Positions 23,601 through 38,600 of a DNA stretch of 64,000 nt are shown one piece after another. A program made the translations under genes and the position numbers. The stretch spans positions 2,542,001-2,606,000 of the forward strand of contig JBLDXI010000042.1 of assembly GCA_047495785.1 (NCBI GenBank), given 5' to 3'. Each line of letters starts with the position of its first letter. The first letter of the stretch is position 1. Below the pieces are notes generated by a model. That model had not been told where the DNA came from. It did not search any database and saw nothing but the letters and a program-made list of their open reading frames with translations. The stretch comes from Lepidodermella squamata (taxonomy: Eukaryota > Animalia > Gastrotricha).

Positions 23601-26600
23601 ACAGTGATCTCACCGCGTTTTCGGGAAATCCTAACCGTGTGCCATTTATTCAGCGCCAAAGTCGGCGAAATCACGCCGTGAATCGGTTTCGCGCCCATTC
23701 CTAACCCGGCTGAAGCTTCGAGGTACAACTGCGAATTTCTCATAGCGATACAGAAGAAATCAGCGTCTGATTCCTGGCTGCCCTTGTACAATATGCGGCC
23801 GTTTTCGCTCTCAGGTCTGAACGTCATTTCAATGCTCAAATACTCGGCTGGCTTTGTAATTCCGTCCTTGACCTTCATGTAAGATGAAATTTGGCGGAAT
23901 GACGGCAGTCTGCGTTCGATGTAGAGACGAAGAGGCAGAGTTGCTGAGCCGTGTGAGTTAGTCGCGACGCATTCGTACTCAGACTCATCGGCGAGACGGG
24001 CCTCGGAAATTTCGAGAATATTATCAGCAACCGTAGCTCGAGATGTCGTGATAGGTCTGCCGCCTTTCAACGACCAGGAGTAGACGATATCAGGGTCTGA
24101 ACTCGCGAGGTAGGAGCCGCAATCGAGGCGAACATTCGAACCGACCAGGGCGGTGTGGACGTCCTCAGGCGGGTCGAATCTGGGCGGTCCGCCGAGAATC
24201 ATGATTCGGATACTGCTCGACGCTCGCCCGACTGAGTTCTCAGCTTCGCACGTGTAGTGACCGCCGAAATCAACCGAGGTGATGCGGATCTTCAAAAAGC
24301 CTTCAAATCGTTCAATATCGCTTTCCATCGCACTTGACGGGCCTGTCCAGGTGATAGCGGGCTGCGGCTGGCCGGTTGCCGAGCAGTTGAGGGCCAAATA
24401 TTCGCCGTACATGACAGTGTAAACGCTTTCGGTCGGGTAAATCGTGACTGTTGGCGGGATTCCGGTGATTTGGACGTCGATGCGGCCGATGAAAACAAGG
24501 CCACGGATCGATACTTCGCAAGCAAATGATCCAGAATCGGCAACAGTTGGCGAATCTAAGCTGAAAAATTGAAAAATCCCAGCTTAATAAATTTCAAATT
24601 TTAATAAATTAAAAAATGACGATTTTTGTGACCTTTAAAATTTCCGCTTTAATAATATAGAAAATAGGTTTACATGTAAACTGCTTCGCCCTGATGAACC
24701 AAGCGATCGCCACGATACCATCTGTAATCCACGATTTCAACATCCCGAGGCACTCCAGTGACCGCGCATCGCATTTCACACGGCTGGCCAGCAATAGGAC
24801 GTGGCGGGCGGACTTCAACGTTAACTCGAGGCTCTGATAATTTCGAAATAAATCGATAAAATCACGAAAAAATTCAAGAAAATTACCATGAACGTGAACG
24901 AGGAAGTTCCGTTCGATTGATCCAGCGTCGTTGGTAACCGAGCATTTGTAACGGCCACCGTCGGTTCTGCGAACCTGGGCGACTTCGTAAGTCGCAGTTT
25001 CGCGGCCCACGCTTCGGCCTTCCTTCAGGAACACGTAAATCAAATGGCCATAGCCGCGAGCGCTACAGTCCAAAAACAGCCGTTCGCCAACAAACAAATT
25101 GATCTCTTCATCGGCGTCGTTCGAAAACTGAGGCCGTTCAACCACCTTCAGGGTGTAACGATCAGCGGCACGGTTACCGTAGCCGTCATCACCGTTGCAA
25201 ACGTAGATGCCACTGTGGCTTGGGCTGAGAGATCGGAAAATCAGCTGGTTATTTTCAGCCGAGATTCCGTCCCAGCTTCGCCCGTCTTCGCGTTGGAAAC
25301 TGATTTGAATACGACGGCCATCTGTTTGAAAATCAGTAAAATAATTGTATAATTCGCCAGGAAATTCGGAAAACTATAGATAATTCTATATTACATTTTT
25401 GAACACAAAAATTACAGAAAAAATCACACATTTTCAGCTTTTTCAAGCCGAAATTATAGCTAGAATATTGTGTCACGCAGATAGAAAGAGGGCAAGCAAT
25501 GATTTTATAGAGTGTTCTGATTACATGATAAGTGTGGAATGTCTTGTTCTTTCTGCTTTTTTATGTATGAAATGTGCGAAGAGTGGTGCGCATTGAATTA
25601 AAGCGAAATGATCACTCAAAACGGATTTTCATGTAATGAAAAAAGCTAATGGTGTTTTTTGTATACCTTGACCTTCAAGTGCACCTTGGTGGCCTTCTGC
25701 ATCGAGTTATGTAAAATTAATTGTCAGTAAAACAGTTCAAGTATAAGGAAACACGAGACAAATTGTGCTAAAAATTCGGCGAAAATTTACCTCCTCCGCA
25801 AGTCATCACGAAATTACGGCCTTCGAACGCATCGCCCTCGGCCACAATTTTAACGGCGAAATTGCGAATGCCACGATGGGTCAGATCGACGCGGGCTGTT
25901 CCGGAGTTTCCGTGTTCGTCATTAGCCGAGCACTGGTAGCCGCCGTTATCGGCATCGTCCCAACGTTGGATAATCAGGGTCGAACAGACGCGATCTGAGC
26001 AACGAGCATTCGAGGCGCGAGAATCACGGGGTGAGACAGTTCCGCGAGGGAACGTCCACTCGGCATGAGACAACACAATGCCATTCGAAGGGACGCCTTA
26101 AAAAATCCAAAATTACCACAAATTAAGGTGGGTAAAAAATTAATTACAGTGAAGGCTGATTTCCTCGCCCAAATAGATACGTTCTGGCCGTCGGATGTTA
26201 ACCTGGAACTGCAGCATTTCTAGGAAAATATATAGCTGAAATGGGGTTAAAATTCGGAATCGGGACAAACTGATCATAACGGTAATCGAAGCTTCAGCCA
26301 CAACTTTGCCATCGCTGATTGTCTTGATCTGGCAAACATAGCCGCCTGCATCGTTCTGGTCGAATCGAGTCAGCGATAGAATGCCAGTTCGTTCGTCGAA
26401 GCTGTGCTTTTCTGGGATCGGGCGTCCCCGCTCGCGAACCCAACCGAGAACAAGCGACGATGGCAAACCGTCAGCTTTGCATGTCAACTCGCCCGAACCG
26501 CCGGCTTGAATGTCCTCAGGGCCGTGGATTGTCACAACTTGAGATGAAAAAATAACGCGGGAAGACAAATTATTAATCAAAGTCAATCACGATATAAATC

Positions 26601-29600
26601 AGCATGAGAAACACCTCGAACGCTTGAGACGAGTCTATTTTGTTGTTGCAAACATATTACATAGTTTTATTTTTTCGAGTTGTGTTTCAGACTTCACGAA
26701 GAAATAACATCGCACAGAGCAAATACGTGAATATTATGTAACGGCTCGTTGAAAGCAGAATTTTATTGGTAGTGACATAGCTGAGAGAAAAAAATAGTTT
26801 CAAGCTTTGAAAAAAATCAATCGGGTAAAATTTTGAACGGTTCAGAAATAATAACGAATTCATCGCGCGAAAAATACTAAATTAACAAGGCGGCTACAAA
26901 AATAAGAGCACAACTGCTCGCGGCAACGAATAGCGATGATGATGAAGATGATGATGCGGAGAACAAGGATCGAATTGAAGATTTCTGCGGCTTTTTCGTC
27001 GTTTTGTCGTCTTCTACATTGTAATCCTCGGCGGACATTTGCGGCGAGAACAACGGCTGGTCATCAAGGTAGATTTCGCCGTTTTTCGACTTGACTTGCG
27101 ACGCGATTTGAGGCTCATTTTGCGGACTGTCGCCCAAATCTGCGACAACCACTACTGTTTCGCTGTCATCATCATCCCCAGCATCATCTACAGGTTCGTT
27201 GGTTTTTGTTTCACTGTTCAACTTGGCATCAGGCAATTGATTTACAAAAGAAACCGAGGTTAAGGAAGAGGCAAACGAAGAACTGCCAGGTGGCGAGGCT
27301 AAGAAGGCTACTGCAGAGTCTTTTTTAACTAAATTTATGTCTTTTTCATCATTATAATTGCTGGTTTTATCGTCGGGACTGTCCAGATCGATGATTCCTG
27401 GATGGGTAAAAATAAACATTCAATTTAAGGTCGATTTCATCTTCGGCAAGCCATCAGCTCAGCTGGTTAATCATCAATCACGGATCGAACAGCGGCATTA
27501 GCAGCGGCGGAGAACTCAGCCCAGTCATCGTGTGAATTAAGCCACAAAATTAAAGTGAAAACGCTCAAATTTTGAGCTTCAACCTATCACGGTAAACCGC
27601 TAACGAGTGATACAACAAAAATGGGACCGCAGCCAGTTAGATTGATTAAAAAGCAAGCTACCGAAGCCTAAAAGTGATTTTTAAGGCCGCGGTCCCTGTA
27701 TTAAGTCGAAGCTTCACACGTTTTGAGCATTAATGGATTGAATGAAAGGTCAAGGACTTATCATGCTAATCACAATAGACCACATTAAATCACCGAGAGA
27801 TACTTAAAAAACGAGGATATTTTTTTTAAATAGTGTTGACGGTTAAAATACGAAGCGATTAATCGTCTACAAAATTTCCACGAAAAGCGCTTTAGCTTGG
27901 CAATATTGCGGAATGACCATCAAAACTTGCTAACCTCCGTTTCGTTTTCAATTAATTAACAAACACAAATCGAACGCAAGGTTGGCGATAGCAGTTCAAG
28001 TCGACGATGGCTGATTACAATTAATTAATTAATAAAACGTGAACATAAACCAAAAAATAAGCTGAAAATAAACGCGTCGTTCATTCGAGGTGATTTTTCA
28101 TATCATGCGATTGCAACGTAAAATAATAAGCGCATGATTCATTTTTTGAGATTTTTCGAAAATAATTTTCGAACTTACCGACTACTGATTTCGTGATGCG
28201 GTTCGAGGTATCGCCACGTGGGTAGCAAGCGTAGAGACCGGCGTGGTAAGACTGAAGTGAGTTGATAACAATGCGAGTTTCGCCATCGGTCTGGAAAACT
28301 TCGACGTCATTGCGGCTTCGAGTGGCCGGCGAGTCGATTTCCAAGATCTTGTCACGAGCTCCTGAGGTGGCCGTGCACTTGATAGTTACTCGGCTGCCAA
28401 CTCGCAGCGGCTCGGGCTCAACTGTCATTTGCAGGCGGACCGGGTCCTGAACGACTTCAATGTTCACACTGACATTGGCCTTCTTCTCATTTCGACCGCG
28501 TCCGTTCCGGCCCGAGCAAACAAAAGTGCCGCGATCAACCAGGCTGATCGAGTTGATGAGTAACTGGGCGACAGTTCGCTCTTCCTGGGGGTTGGCCAAC
28601 GGTGAGAAGAACAGAGGCGCGTCGGAGCCTTGATGCGTGATCTGCAGCGGGCGGTGAGGTTCGGCCTCAAATTGGGCACCGGGCTTCGGGAAACCCTCAG
28701 CCACGCACCACAGCTCGAGTCGCTCGCCAACTTTCAACTTGATATTCTCGTTTTCACCCAACCGGCGCGGGCCGCGAGGCGAGACTAGTTCGATGTACAC
28801 TCGCAGCGAGTTGAGGCGAATATCTAGAAAATTATGAAAAAAAGAATTAAAAATACGCTAAAAATACTAAAATTTGTGCTCAGTCAGTCATAAATTTATG
28901 GAAAATTCAGATAACTATTCGGAAAATTTTGGAATAAATAGAAAAATTTGGATTTAGAGCACAGAAAATTTTCGAATTAGGTTCCGCTACAAATAAAATT
29001 TTCAAATTCGTAAAAACTTACGATAAATAGTGACATCAAGAGGCGAGCTGGCAACACGGCGACCATCGCTGCGTCGTTTAGCGACGCAAAGCCTTGAAAT
29101 GTGGGTTGGCGATTGGCGAGTAGCCTTCAAGACGAATGAGTTGCTGTTCGAGATGACACGATCAACACTGTAACGAAAATTCAATATTATTTCGGGAAAA
29201 ATTAGGTAAAAAAAGAAACGAACTCATTGGCATCGACCCAAATGATATCGATATCATCGATCATTTCTTCACCCTTGATTTGACACGTGAATTCGATTTC
29301 CTGACCTTCACGGATGATTTGCTTGTTGCCAGGGAAAACTTCAAGCTCGACATCTGAAATAATTTAGAAATTAAGAGTCAAAATAAGGGAATATACTGTA
29401 GGAAAAATAGTACTTCGCAGGCCATTGTTCGGCTTTTTCATGTCACGCCGATGATGAAGCGCGACTTGCTCATAATAGTCAGCCTCGACGAAAACGAAGG
29501 CGCTGATTATGAGCAAGCAAAGGTGACCAGTTGAACTGATCATCGTTGACGCAATATATCACCCGCTTATTTGAACTAAATGCTACACTAACGAAAAAAA

Positions 29601-32600
29601 CAGGCGTGTTATTTTCGCCCAAGTATGAAATCGAAGCAGGTAGCGTTGCGCGTTTATACCCTACCGGTCTGTATTGAGCGCGGGAAGCCAAAATAACCAA
29701 TGCCTATCTTTGATTGCTGGCTGCAGCGAGAAACACGCGGCCTTAGGTGCAGGTGGTCTTATACAGATATACGATTGAAAAATGAGGGAGGGATTTCCGC
29801 GATTTTGTTATTATTTTTGCAACCCCATGCAATATACGTTTAATGTATACAATCTCGATTGGTGCGAAGGTATATATAGCGAGTGTTCTAATGCCATTGC
29901 GCGCTCAAAGTGTTTTGAAAACGAGTCATCGCGGAAAAAACGCTCGCGCTAGCCGAATTAAGTAATCAAACCGCAATTAGTGTGTAGCAAAAAAACAGAG
30001 AATATAGATGGGCACTTACTGCGAACGACGACGATAGCTTCGGAACGGCCCTCGGAGCCGTACGCCTCGCAGCTGTAAGCGCCGGCGTGCTGTTCGTTGA
30101 AGCCGTCAATGTTGAGCGTGAGGCTCTTCTCGCCTTGTTTGTCGACGCGTTGATCGCGCTGGAACGCCAACGTTTGGTTCTGCTGGCCCAGCCGGCGGAT
30201 GTGGAACACCACGATAGGCTTACCCTGCAGCAGTGTGCAGCCGATCTTAACGTTCTCGCCCTTGTAAGCGTAGTAAACGGTTGTGTCGAAACGAACAAAC
30301 GGATGAACTAACATAAACACAAAAGCAGCATTCGATAATCTCAATAATCGCATGGCGAGACATTCCAAAATGCAAAAAATTGTGGATTATTTTTGCTCAG
30401 AAAAAACTTCCGAGGCGCTATGATTTTCTCAGAAAATCCACCAAATATTTTACCAAAATTAAATTTTAATCCCAAAAAATCGAATAAATTGCATAGTAAC
30501 TTACCGACATCCGGAGTCATGCTCAATTGACCAGAAGCGGTGAGATCAAGGTTGTGAACGCGAATCGAGCAAGTGTAGGTGCCTTCATGTTCGGTTTTAA
30601 CAGCAACAATTTGAATTTTCTTCGCCTGAGCGTCATGAGGCCGCGCTCCGGCTGGCAGAGCCGAGCCGTCTTTGCGCCATTCAATGCGATCACCCCGCGG
30701 CAGTGTGAAGCCGAGGCAGCGGCACTCGAATAAATGAGAATCGCCCTCCTTAACCTGAGCGGAGCTAGGATCAACCTCGAGACCGACAACGCCAACTCGG
30801 ATGTAATCGACAGAAGAGCCATCAGGGTGGTCGTAACGACAGTTGTATTCGCCAGCATCTTTCCAGTCAACACTTTCGAGGCGAAGTTCCAAGGTTCGGT
30901 CACCGATATCACGAATCTTCGACTCGAGACCCTCGCCACCCGGCGGGTTGCGTTGCCAGGTGAAAAGACCGTCCTCTTGGGCGCCACCGGTCAGCTTGCA
31001 AGTCAGGGTCAAACGATCGCCCTTTCGGACGTAAATTTCCTTTCCTTGAATGATGTGAACCTTCGGCTTTGGCTTTTCGACTCGGAGGCAGTCGTTGGGC
31101 GTTCCGCGACGGGCGTCACCCTTAAATCCAGGCAAGCAGTTTTCGCAGAAATCGCCTTCGGTGTTGTGTTGGCAATTCTGTTTTGACAAAAAATTCAGAT
31201 TAAAATACGTTTTTCCAGTAAAAAAGGGATAGGAAGGTTGCATTTAGGGTAAGGACTCACAATGCAATAACCGGTCCGGTCTTCACAAATTTGTGCGTGG
31301 TTGTGGCATTGGCATTTCTTGCACGTTCCAAGGTACAATCCTTCGATGCTGTGGTAGTAACCAGGCTTGCACAGCTGATTTTTGCAGAAAAAACAACATA
31401 CAACAAACAGGTAAAAATAGTGCATCAAATTATTCACTTCACATATAAGGGCAATTCAATCATCCCCACGCGATTTGAAATGCAGACATCATATCAGACG
31501 TACTAAACAAATTCCTGAATAGTCGTTACATGTTTGCGAATGGCCATGGCACAAACAACTTGCGCAAAGGCCAAGCAGCAAACCTTCAGCTTTGTGAAAA
31601 TAACCCTCTTGACAAAGCTAAAATTTCGCGAATTCAATTTCATGAATACCCCATTTTTTTAGAGAAATTAGAAAATAATAAATTACCTCGCAAGAGGTTC
31701 CTTCGGTGTGAGGAACGCGGGTGCAGTCGCACATTTCGACCTCAGGAGCCGGAGCGCCAGTTCCTTCACGAGAGGCGATGGTCATGGAGACATCAGACAA
31801 ATCGCTCCTCAAACTGCTGGTTCCAAACGTAGCCAAAATGTGAATATGAGTGATATCAGACAGAGCCATCAAAAGTTCTTCACGGCTCTTCTCCTGGAAG
31901 GAATCACCACTGATGTACAGCCAATTAGCTTCGTTGATTAAAATGTCGTAGGTCAAGCGGAAATCCGGAGCTTTGAACTCAGACAAGCTAGGCGCGTCGA
32001 GTTTTGAGAGCAACTCGAAATTATTGCCGTAGAGACGAACCAGCTTAGTAGCAGCGACATTGCCCTGGGCGACGGTTGAAATCGGCCGAGCATCACGGTC
32101 AGGCTTGTAACTGACGGTGAATTTCAGTTTACCACCATAGGCCGTGACTTTGAAGCCTTCAAATGCCTCTGGCAGGCGCCACCAGAAAATCTTGCCATTT
32201 TCTTGCTCGGTGAACTGGTCGAAGTAGATTTCATTCTTGCTTCGATCGTACTTGACCTTGCTTGTCAAATTAACGGCAGGGCGGTCTTCAGGGAAAGCTT
32301 GCTGGTCATCACCCGGTACGGTGAGACCAGTCATCTCAGCCAAGTTGAAGCCTCCGGTATCGCGATGGTTATCGAACGTGGCAATAATCTACACAAAAAT
32401 TGTCTTTTTAACCTAGAAATCGGTCAAAAAAAAGCGTTAATTACAGTTTTGCGGCTCCATTTAGAGCTCGAGCAAGAGACGTTGTGTCCGGAGCAGAAGC
32501 AGCGTAAACAGCCCTCAGAGTGCAGGTGGAAATAGCCGGGCAAGCACTGGTCGCACAAACGACCGGTAACGCCTGGTTTGCACGTGCACTTCTTCGTAAC

Positions 32601-35600
32601 TGGGTCAACGTATTTCGTCTGAGAACCAAGCGGGTGGCAAGCTTCTTGATCGGCTTGACAGTCTTCGGGAGTGCCACGACGGGCATCGCCCCGGAAACCA
32701 GGCTTGCAACGCTCGCAGTTGTCTCCTTCAGTATTGTGGGCGCAGTTCTAAGAAACAACAAAGATAATTGAATTTTTCAGATAATTTTTTCATAATACCA
32801 AGCATCGGCCATTTTCTTCGCAAGTATCTGCATGGTTGTGGCACATGCATCTCGAGCATTTGCCCTGGCGATCGCGGTAATACCTCGGGGTGTCGCACTT
32901 CTCGCAAGACATGCCCAGGTAGCCAGGCGGGCACTCGCATTGCTCGATCAAATTAGCTTGGTCCGAGCCACTTCGACCGGCAGTAGTCAGTTGAACATTG
33001 CCAAACTTGGTCAAACGCTGGCCACGGTCTTCAGCGTACGAAATTCGGATCAAAACAGCTTCGAGGTTAGCTAGAGCGTGCATGAACTCGTCACGGCCGA
33101 CCAAATTCGGTGGGGTTGAAACGTCGCCAGCACCGTGCGCTTTAATTTCCGGCTTTTTGATCTTACGCCAAGCTGATTGCTCAAACTCGCCCTCGACGAG
33201 ACGAACGCTCAGATCCCACCGCTTACCGTCCTGGCTGATAACAGGCCGGACAGAGCTAACACTGCTAAGGAGGTAGTTGTAGTAAACGCGCTGACGGTCG
33301 GAATCCTTCTTCCTCTACAAATCAGAATATAGTAAATAAAAATTCCTCCTTAACAATTTTCCAACTTACCACAAGCAAAATATCAGCCTTAGCCAATGGG
33401 TTGAAAGGAGGTCGATGCATAGTGAAGCTGAACGAGTAGTTCAAATAGCCACCGTAAGACAGGAGCCAGCTATCGACGACAGCTGGATTGATGCGGACAT
33501 ACAAATCGCGGCGACCATTCTGATCGAAATAGGCCTCAAATTCACGTTCGTAGTCATCGATAACCCACATGCCACCCTCGTTGCGCCAACGCGGCTTATC
33601 TGTCTCAGTATTCGCCTCATCGACAACATCGGGCGAGGTAGAGTCAGCGCGGATAGTGCTCAGGAATAAATCTGAGCTCTTGCAACGGTCGGAAACGCCC
33701 GAGCACCAGCACTTCTTGCAGTCGGACTGCTTCGTAGCCAAGGCGTTGAAAGTTCCCGGCTGGCATTGAACCTTCGCCACCACGACGATAAGCTGGCAAT
33801 CCGGGACGGCTAGAACACGGTCTTTCAAGTTCAACGCCTCGCAAGTGTAGGCACCCTCCAGCTCTTTGCTAACATCTCGGATGATAAGTTCAGAGGTTCC
33901 GTTGTAATAATCCTTCTGTTCGATGCGTCTATCATCGGGCAGATGTTGCCAGTTCCACCGCCAGACGATCATCGGGAAAGGCTTGCCGGTGGTTACGCAA
34001 CGGCATTTCAAAGTTCCGCCTTGAGGTATGAAGTTCTCTTTCACTGGAGGTTCAATGACTTTAGGCCCGGAGCAGTCGATATCAGAGCGGTCGGAGCACT
34101 GGCCCTGGCGGTCGTCCGGGCAAAGCCAAGACCGTTGAACGCACTGCCGGCGGTCAGCGCATTGCCACATGGTGAAATTGTCGCAAGAGCCTTGGTCGGA
34201 GTGGCGAGGCCAGCTTTTACAGCCCTCCTCGTCTGAATTATCGCGAACTGTCTCTGAACTGCAGTCATCCTGGCCATCGCAGCGCCAATAGACAACGATG
34301 CAACGGTTCTTGTTGATCTTGCAGCGCCACTCGTTCGGGTGGCAGTCACCGGACCGGCGGCTGGCGGTATCACACCCGACTTCGTCATCACAGCCCGAAC
34401 AGTCGCAGTGGCCATCGCACACCTTCGAGTTCGGGAAGCAACGGCCATCGGGACAACGCCGCTCGTCATCCTTACAAAACGCTCCCTGGCCTGTTATTCA
34501 GAGGATTTTCAGTTAAGACGGATTTCTAGGTCAAAATATAACTCACTTGGTACGCCAGGAATGTTCCGTGAGATGGTAATTCGAGCTGTTCCTTCAACGC
34601 CCTCAATACGGCAGACATACTGACCGCCGTCGTCGGTTGATTGGGGCGTAAAAATGAGTTTGTTACCCTCGTTGTAGGCGCCACGAGGCAGGCCTCGGCT
34701 ACGGCCATCCGCGTCAACACGGCTCCAGGTGACGCGGTAGCGAGACGGGTCGAAATCGTCGCAAACGCAAACGAGTTCGACCTGAGTGCCCGCATTCGCG
34801 ATCATCGTATCAGGATCGATGCGGACGCGAGTGGGAGTGCGAGCGGCAGCTGTAAAATCGTGAAAAAACAACTCGTTATAAGAGCTCATATCGCCTGAAA
34901 AAAAGCAACCGATCGGGATTTTTGGAATATCCCTTCAATAAATCGTTAGTTGAAACAACACGCGGGTTGGAAATAAAAGCAAGCGGAAATATCGAAAAGG
35001 GTTATAGAAGAAGAAATTACGGCTCGTAGTCACAACAGCGCCCTTCTCGAAGTGAACGATGGCGATGCCCTGAGCGCCCTGAACCGTGCACAGGTAGGAG
35101 CCAGCGTCGTCCTCTGAAACGACGTTGAATTCCAAGGCTGCTCCATTGATGATGGTTCCTAGCGGCATCGGCTTCTTGCCGAGGCGCGACCATTCGGCCG
35201 TGAATCGGTTGCTCGGTAATCCCTCGACTTGGCACGTGAGGCGCACTTTTGAACCCGGTCGGACGAGAAATTCTTGCGGGTCGACGCGGACCAGAAGGAA
35301 AAGTGGCGGCAAGGTGTGTTTAGCTGTTAACAGTTAATAGAAAAGCGGGGTAAATAGACAGTGATAAGGCGAAGACTGTGCGTTATAACTAGAACCGAGT
35401 TGTCAGATTAAATACTCGGAACTTGACTTTCAAAAGCCTAGTGAAGCCTCACACATAGAAAAGTGTATTCAAGGTAGAAAACGCTGTATTTTTTTTTGCT
35501 ATATATTTCCGAATCTTACCGCAGTTGTACTCGTCGGAGCGGTCATCGCAGTCGACGTGGCCATCGCACCACTGGTCGGCGCGAACGCACTGGCTTCCGT

Positions 35601-38600
35601 CGTCGCAAACTTTCTCGTCGGAAGAGCAAGCCGCCGGACAGCTGTCTTCGTCACGCCCATCGCCACACTCGGCAATGCCGTTGCACCGGGCGGCGCAAAG
35701 ACCATCGCATGCCACCTCGTCGGTGGTGCACTTGGTCTCGTCCTCGACTGAATGTGGAAATAGAATGTTAATGCAAATTCAAGTTTCAGAAACTTCCACC
35801 CAGTGAATATAAATCTTGAAAAAAATTATCAAATAACATTTTTGGATTTGGTTGTAGCAGACCAATTTTGGAGAAAAAAATTCATCTTTATGCTTTCCCT
35901 AGTTTTCATTAGATAATATTTGTTTGGAAAAATTTTCAAACTGCTGAGGGGCGGTGCATTTCGAGTCCTTTTTGACGAATTACCGACTTCAAAATGGAAG
36001 CCGAATGTGGGTTAGCTAGGGTGTTCTCATGTTGATGATTGATGAGAAGGGAGAGGCTATGCTAGAAAATCTATCAGAATATATTTTTTGTCCTTTTATT
36101 TCCTCATTCACCACCTTGGATCAATATGAATTCCCAACATCAGCTAATTCAATCGATTCGAAAAATTGTATCTATTTCCAATTTTTCCCATAAAATAAAA
36201 ACCTAAAGCTTCATAACGGAAAATAAATAAAAATAAAAATGAATATAAAATCATAAGGAAAATAATATAGGTAATGGAAAGTCAAAAATTTACTGTCAAA
36301 GCCGACGTTCGCTGCTACGACGCTCGAGCCGCCATTGACGCTCTTGAGGGCTACATCGGCGCCAGTGTTGGGCCGCACGTCGGACCGGCGCGGGTCGAAC
36401 TCGTCGTCGACACCGGCCTCGCCGTCGTCATCATCGCCGTCGAAACCGCCCTCGTCATCTTCGCCGTAGATCTTGCCGTTGCGCTCGGCCGACGCCGTCA
36501 GGTCGTTGCGCCCGGCCGCCGTGACGCCAGCATCTGGCGCGAAACAAGCAACAAGCAGTAAGATGCATTGTAACGCAATTAAATTTTCACTACATGACCG
36601 TAACATCATGTCTAAGCGCCCTAAAATATTTCGACAATAAATATTATCATTACAGCATCAATGAACCGAAAAACGGGTGTAGTTAGCGCCTCATAGCGTT
36701 GCTAATAGCTTACAGCCTCGAGGTGGGATGTGATAATGGAGTAGTAAAAAGGTATCGCTTGACAAGTTGCTCTCCTTGAGTGGACAACAAAGTCGAGAGG
36801 TTGTAAAATAAAGCCAGGGCGTAGTACAATATGCTCTAGATAATAGAGACCGGGGTCGCATCTCCTCGGCGTTGTATTGTATACAAAATGCGCGCGCAGT
36901 CAAGTAAGTTCCGTGATGCCTACTTATAGAGCCTACAGGTGCGAGATGTTGGGGATGGAACCGAAGCCGGCATATATCATCAGCGCGCGACGAAAGGTGT
37001 GCGGCGCTGCTTGGATGAGAAAAGAAAACACGCGCCTCTCGACAAGAGAAGATATATTCTAATTATAAGTCAAGCCCGAGCATCACTACGATGATGATGA
37101 CGATGAGGCAGCCGTAAAGCCGCCGGCCTTTGCTGGTATGGCCAGCTAGTTTTCAAACAGAGACAATGTGTCTCATTGTTAGCCAAACAAACTACACGCC
37201 GTGGCGTGGCGATAATGCAAACGGATGCGCACGTCCAAAGACACAGGTAGGAAGCAGCAGCCGCGGCTGTTGCTGAACGATAAGGCCAGGACATCAGATG
37301 CATCATCGACCTGCGCCCATGCTAAAAACAATGCACAGGCAGGTATCACGATACGGATAAGAAGTAAAATAAAGCATGTCTGTGTTGAGATAGATAGCAA
37401 TCATTGCTTGGGTAGTAGAAAAAGAAAGCAACAGGTAGATGCGCTAAATACGCTTCTTTTCGGCCCAATAACGTATAATATCCTTTCGTATTTTTCATCA
37501 TCATCGGCAGCCAGGCAAAAACGTTCATAAACATAGCAGTTGAGAGAAGGTAGCGGGCGGTCATTAGCCATCGAACAGGGCGGGGCATTCCAAGAAAGTG
37601 GCGCGTTGTTTTATCGCAGACAACAAATGGCGGCGTAATAAGCCGCGGATAAATCACGGTGCTTCGCGCGCGCAAAAGATACCGTGCGCGCAAAAAAACA
37701 AACCATCATTACGCATCACACTTCCGCACGAGTATATTATGCGTCTCTAATAAGCGCGAGTGCTGTACACCTTGCGCTAGAAAATAAAAATAAAACATAA
37801 CCCGAAAAACCCAACTCGGCCAGGCACTCGATTCAATGCACACGGCGCGCAGTTAATAAAACATTTACTGCAGGTGCGCGGGCAAAAAACACGGCGCAAT
37901 GATAACGCCGTCGAGTAATTGCGGAATTCGGGACATTAATGAGATTCTAATGAATAACATCCCAGCGGTGTCGATGGATTGACTGATAACGCACGCATAC
38001 CTATGAAGCAAAGTTTTTGACGTCAGATTAATCCATATACAATAGATCGCAATAGTTACTTGCACACGTAGAAAAACTATCATCTTTAATCTCTTATGCA
38101 CTTGACAGACACGTTGTAGCTCAACGTTAAGGTGGTCGCGATGGTTGGCTCATCTGATAAAAACGCCGATAGATAATAAAACGGAACACATACACGATTC
38201 ATCAAATAATAAAGCAGTTAACCTGGAGAGTTAATATTGATGTATCTGGAGCCTATTATCAAATCAAAAGATTAGGTGAGTCGTAAAAAGCGCGCGGAAT
38301 GCTTTACAAGGCACCAAGATCTAAAGAAGCCGACAAAAAAGGGCGGTGCTAGCCATTACATAGCGCGCATTGCTGGAGGGCGGCGAGTTGAATAAGACAC
38401 GGAAGGCAATAAATTGACATCGTGTCCTTTCTTTTCGCTATACCTACACTTGTTTGTCACCGGGGCTTTTGCTTATTTTGCATAATGTATCGTCGTTAAC
38501 GAGGGTTTAACAGTTAACAAACACGCGGCAGAAACATGCCAATATTCGGCGTGACGTGGTCAAGTAGCAGTCGTCGCAATAGGGGTAAATATGTAAGGAT

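Noticed and set aside
29451-29506. ATGATGA...CTGA snoRNA-like pair
   Set aside because: Antisense to the host gene, short, no terminal stem and no recognisable rRNA guide.
29665-29720. Possible extra perlecan cassette exon (AG...GT)
   Set aside because: 56 nt, not frame-preserving.
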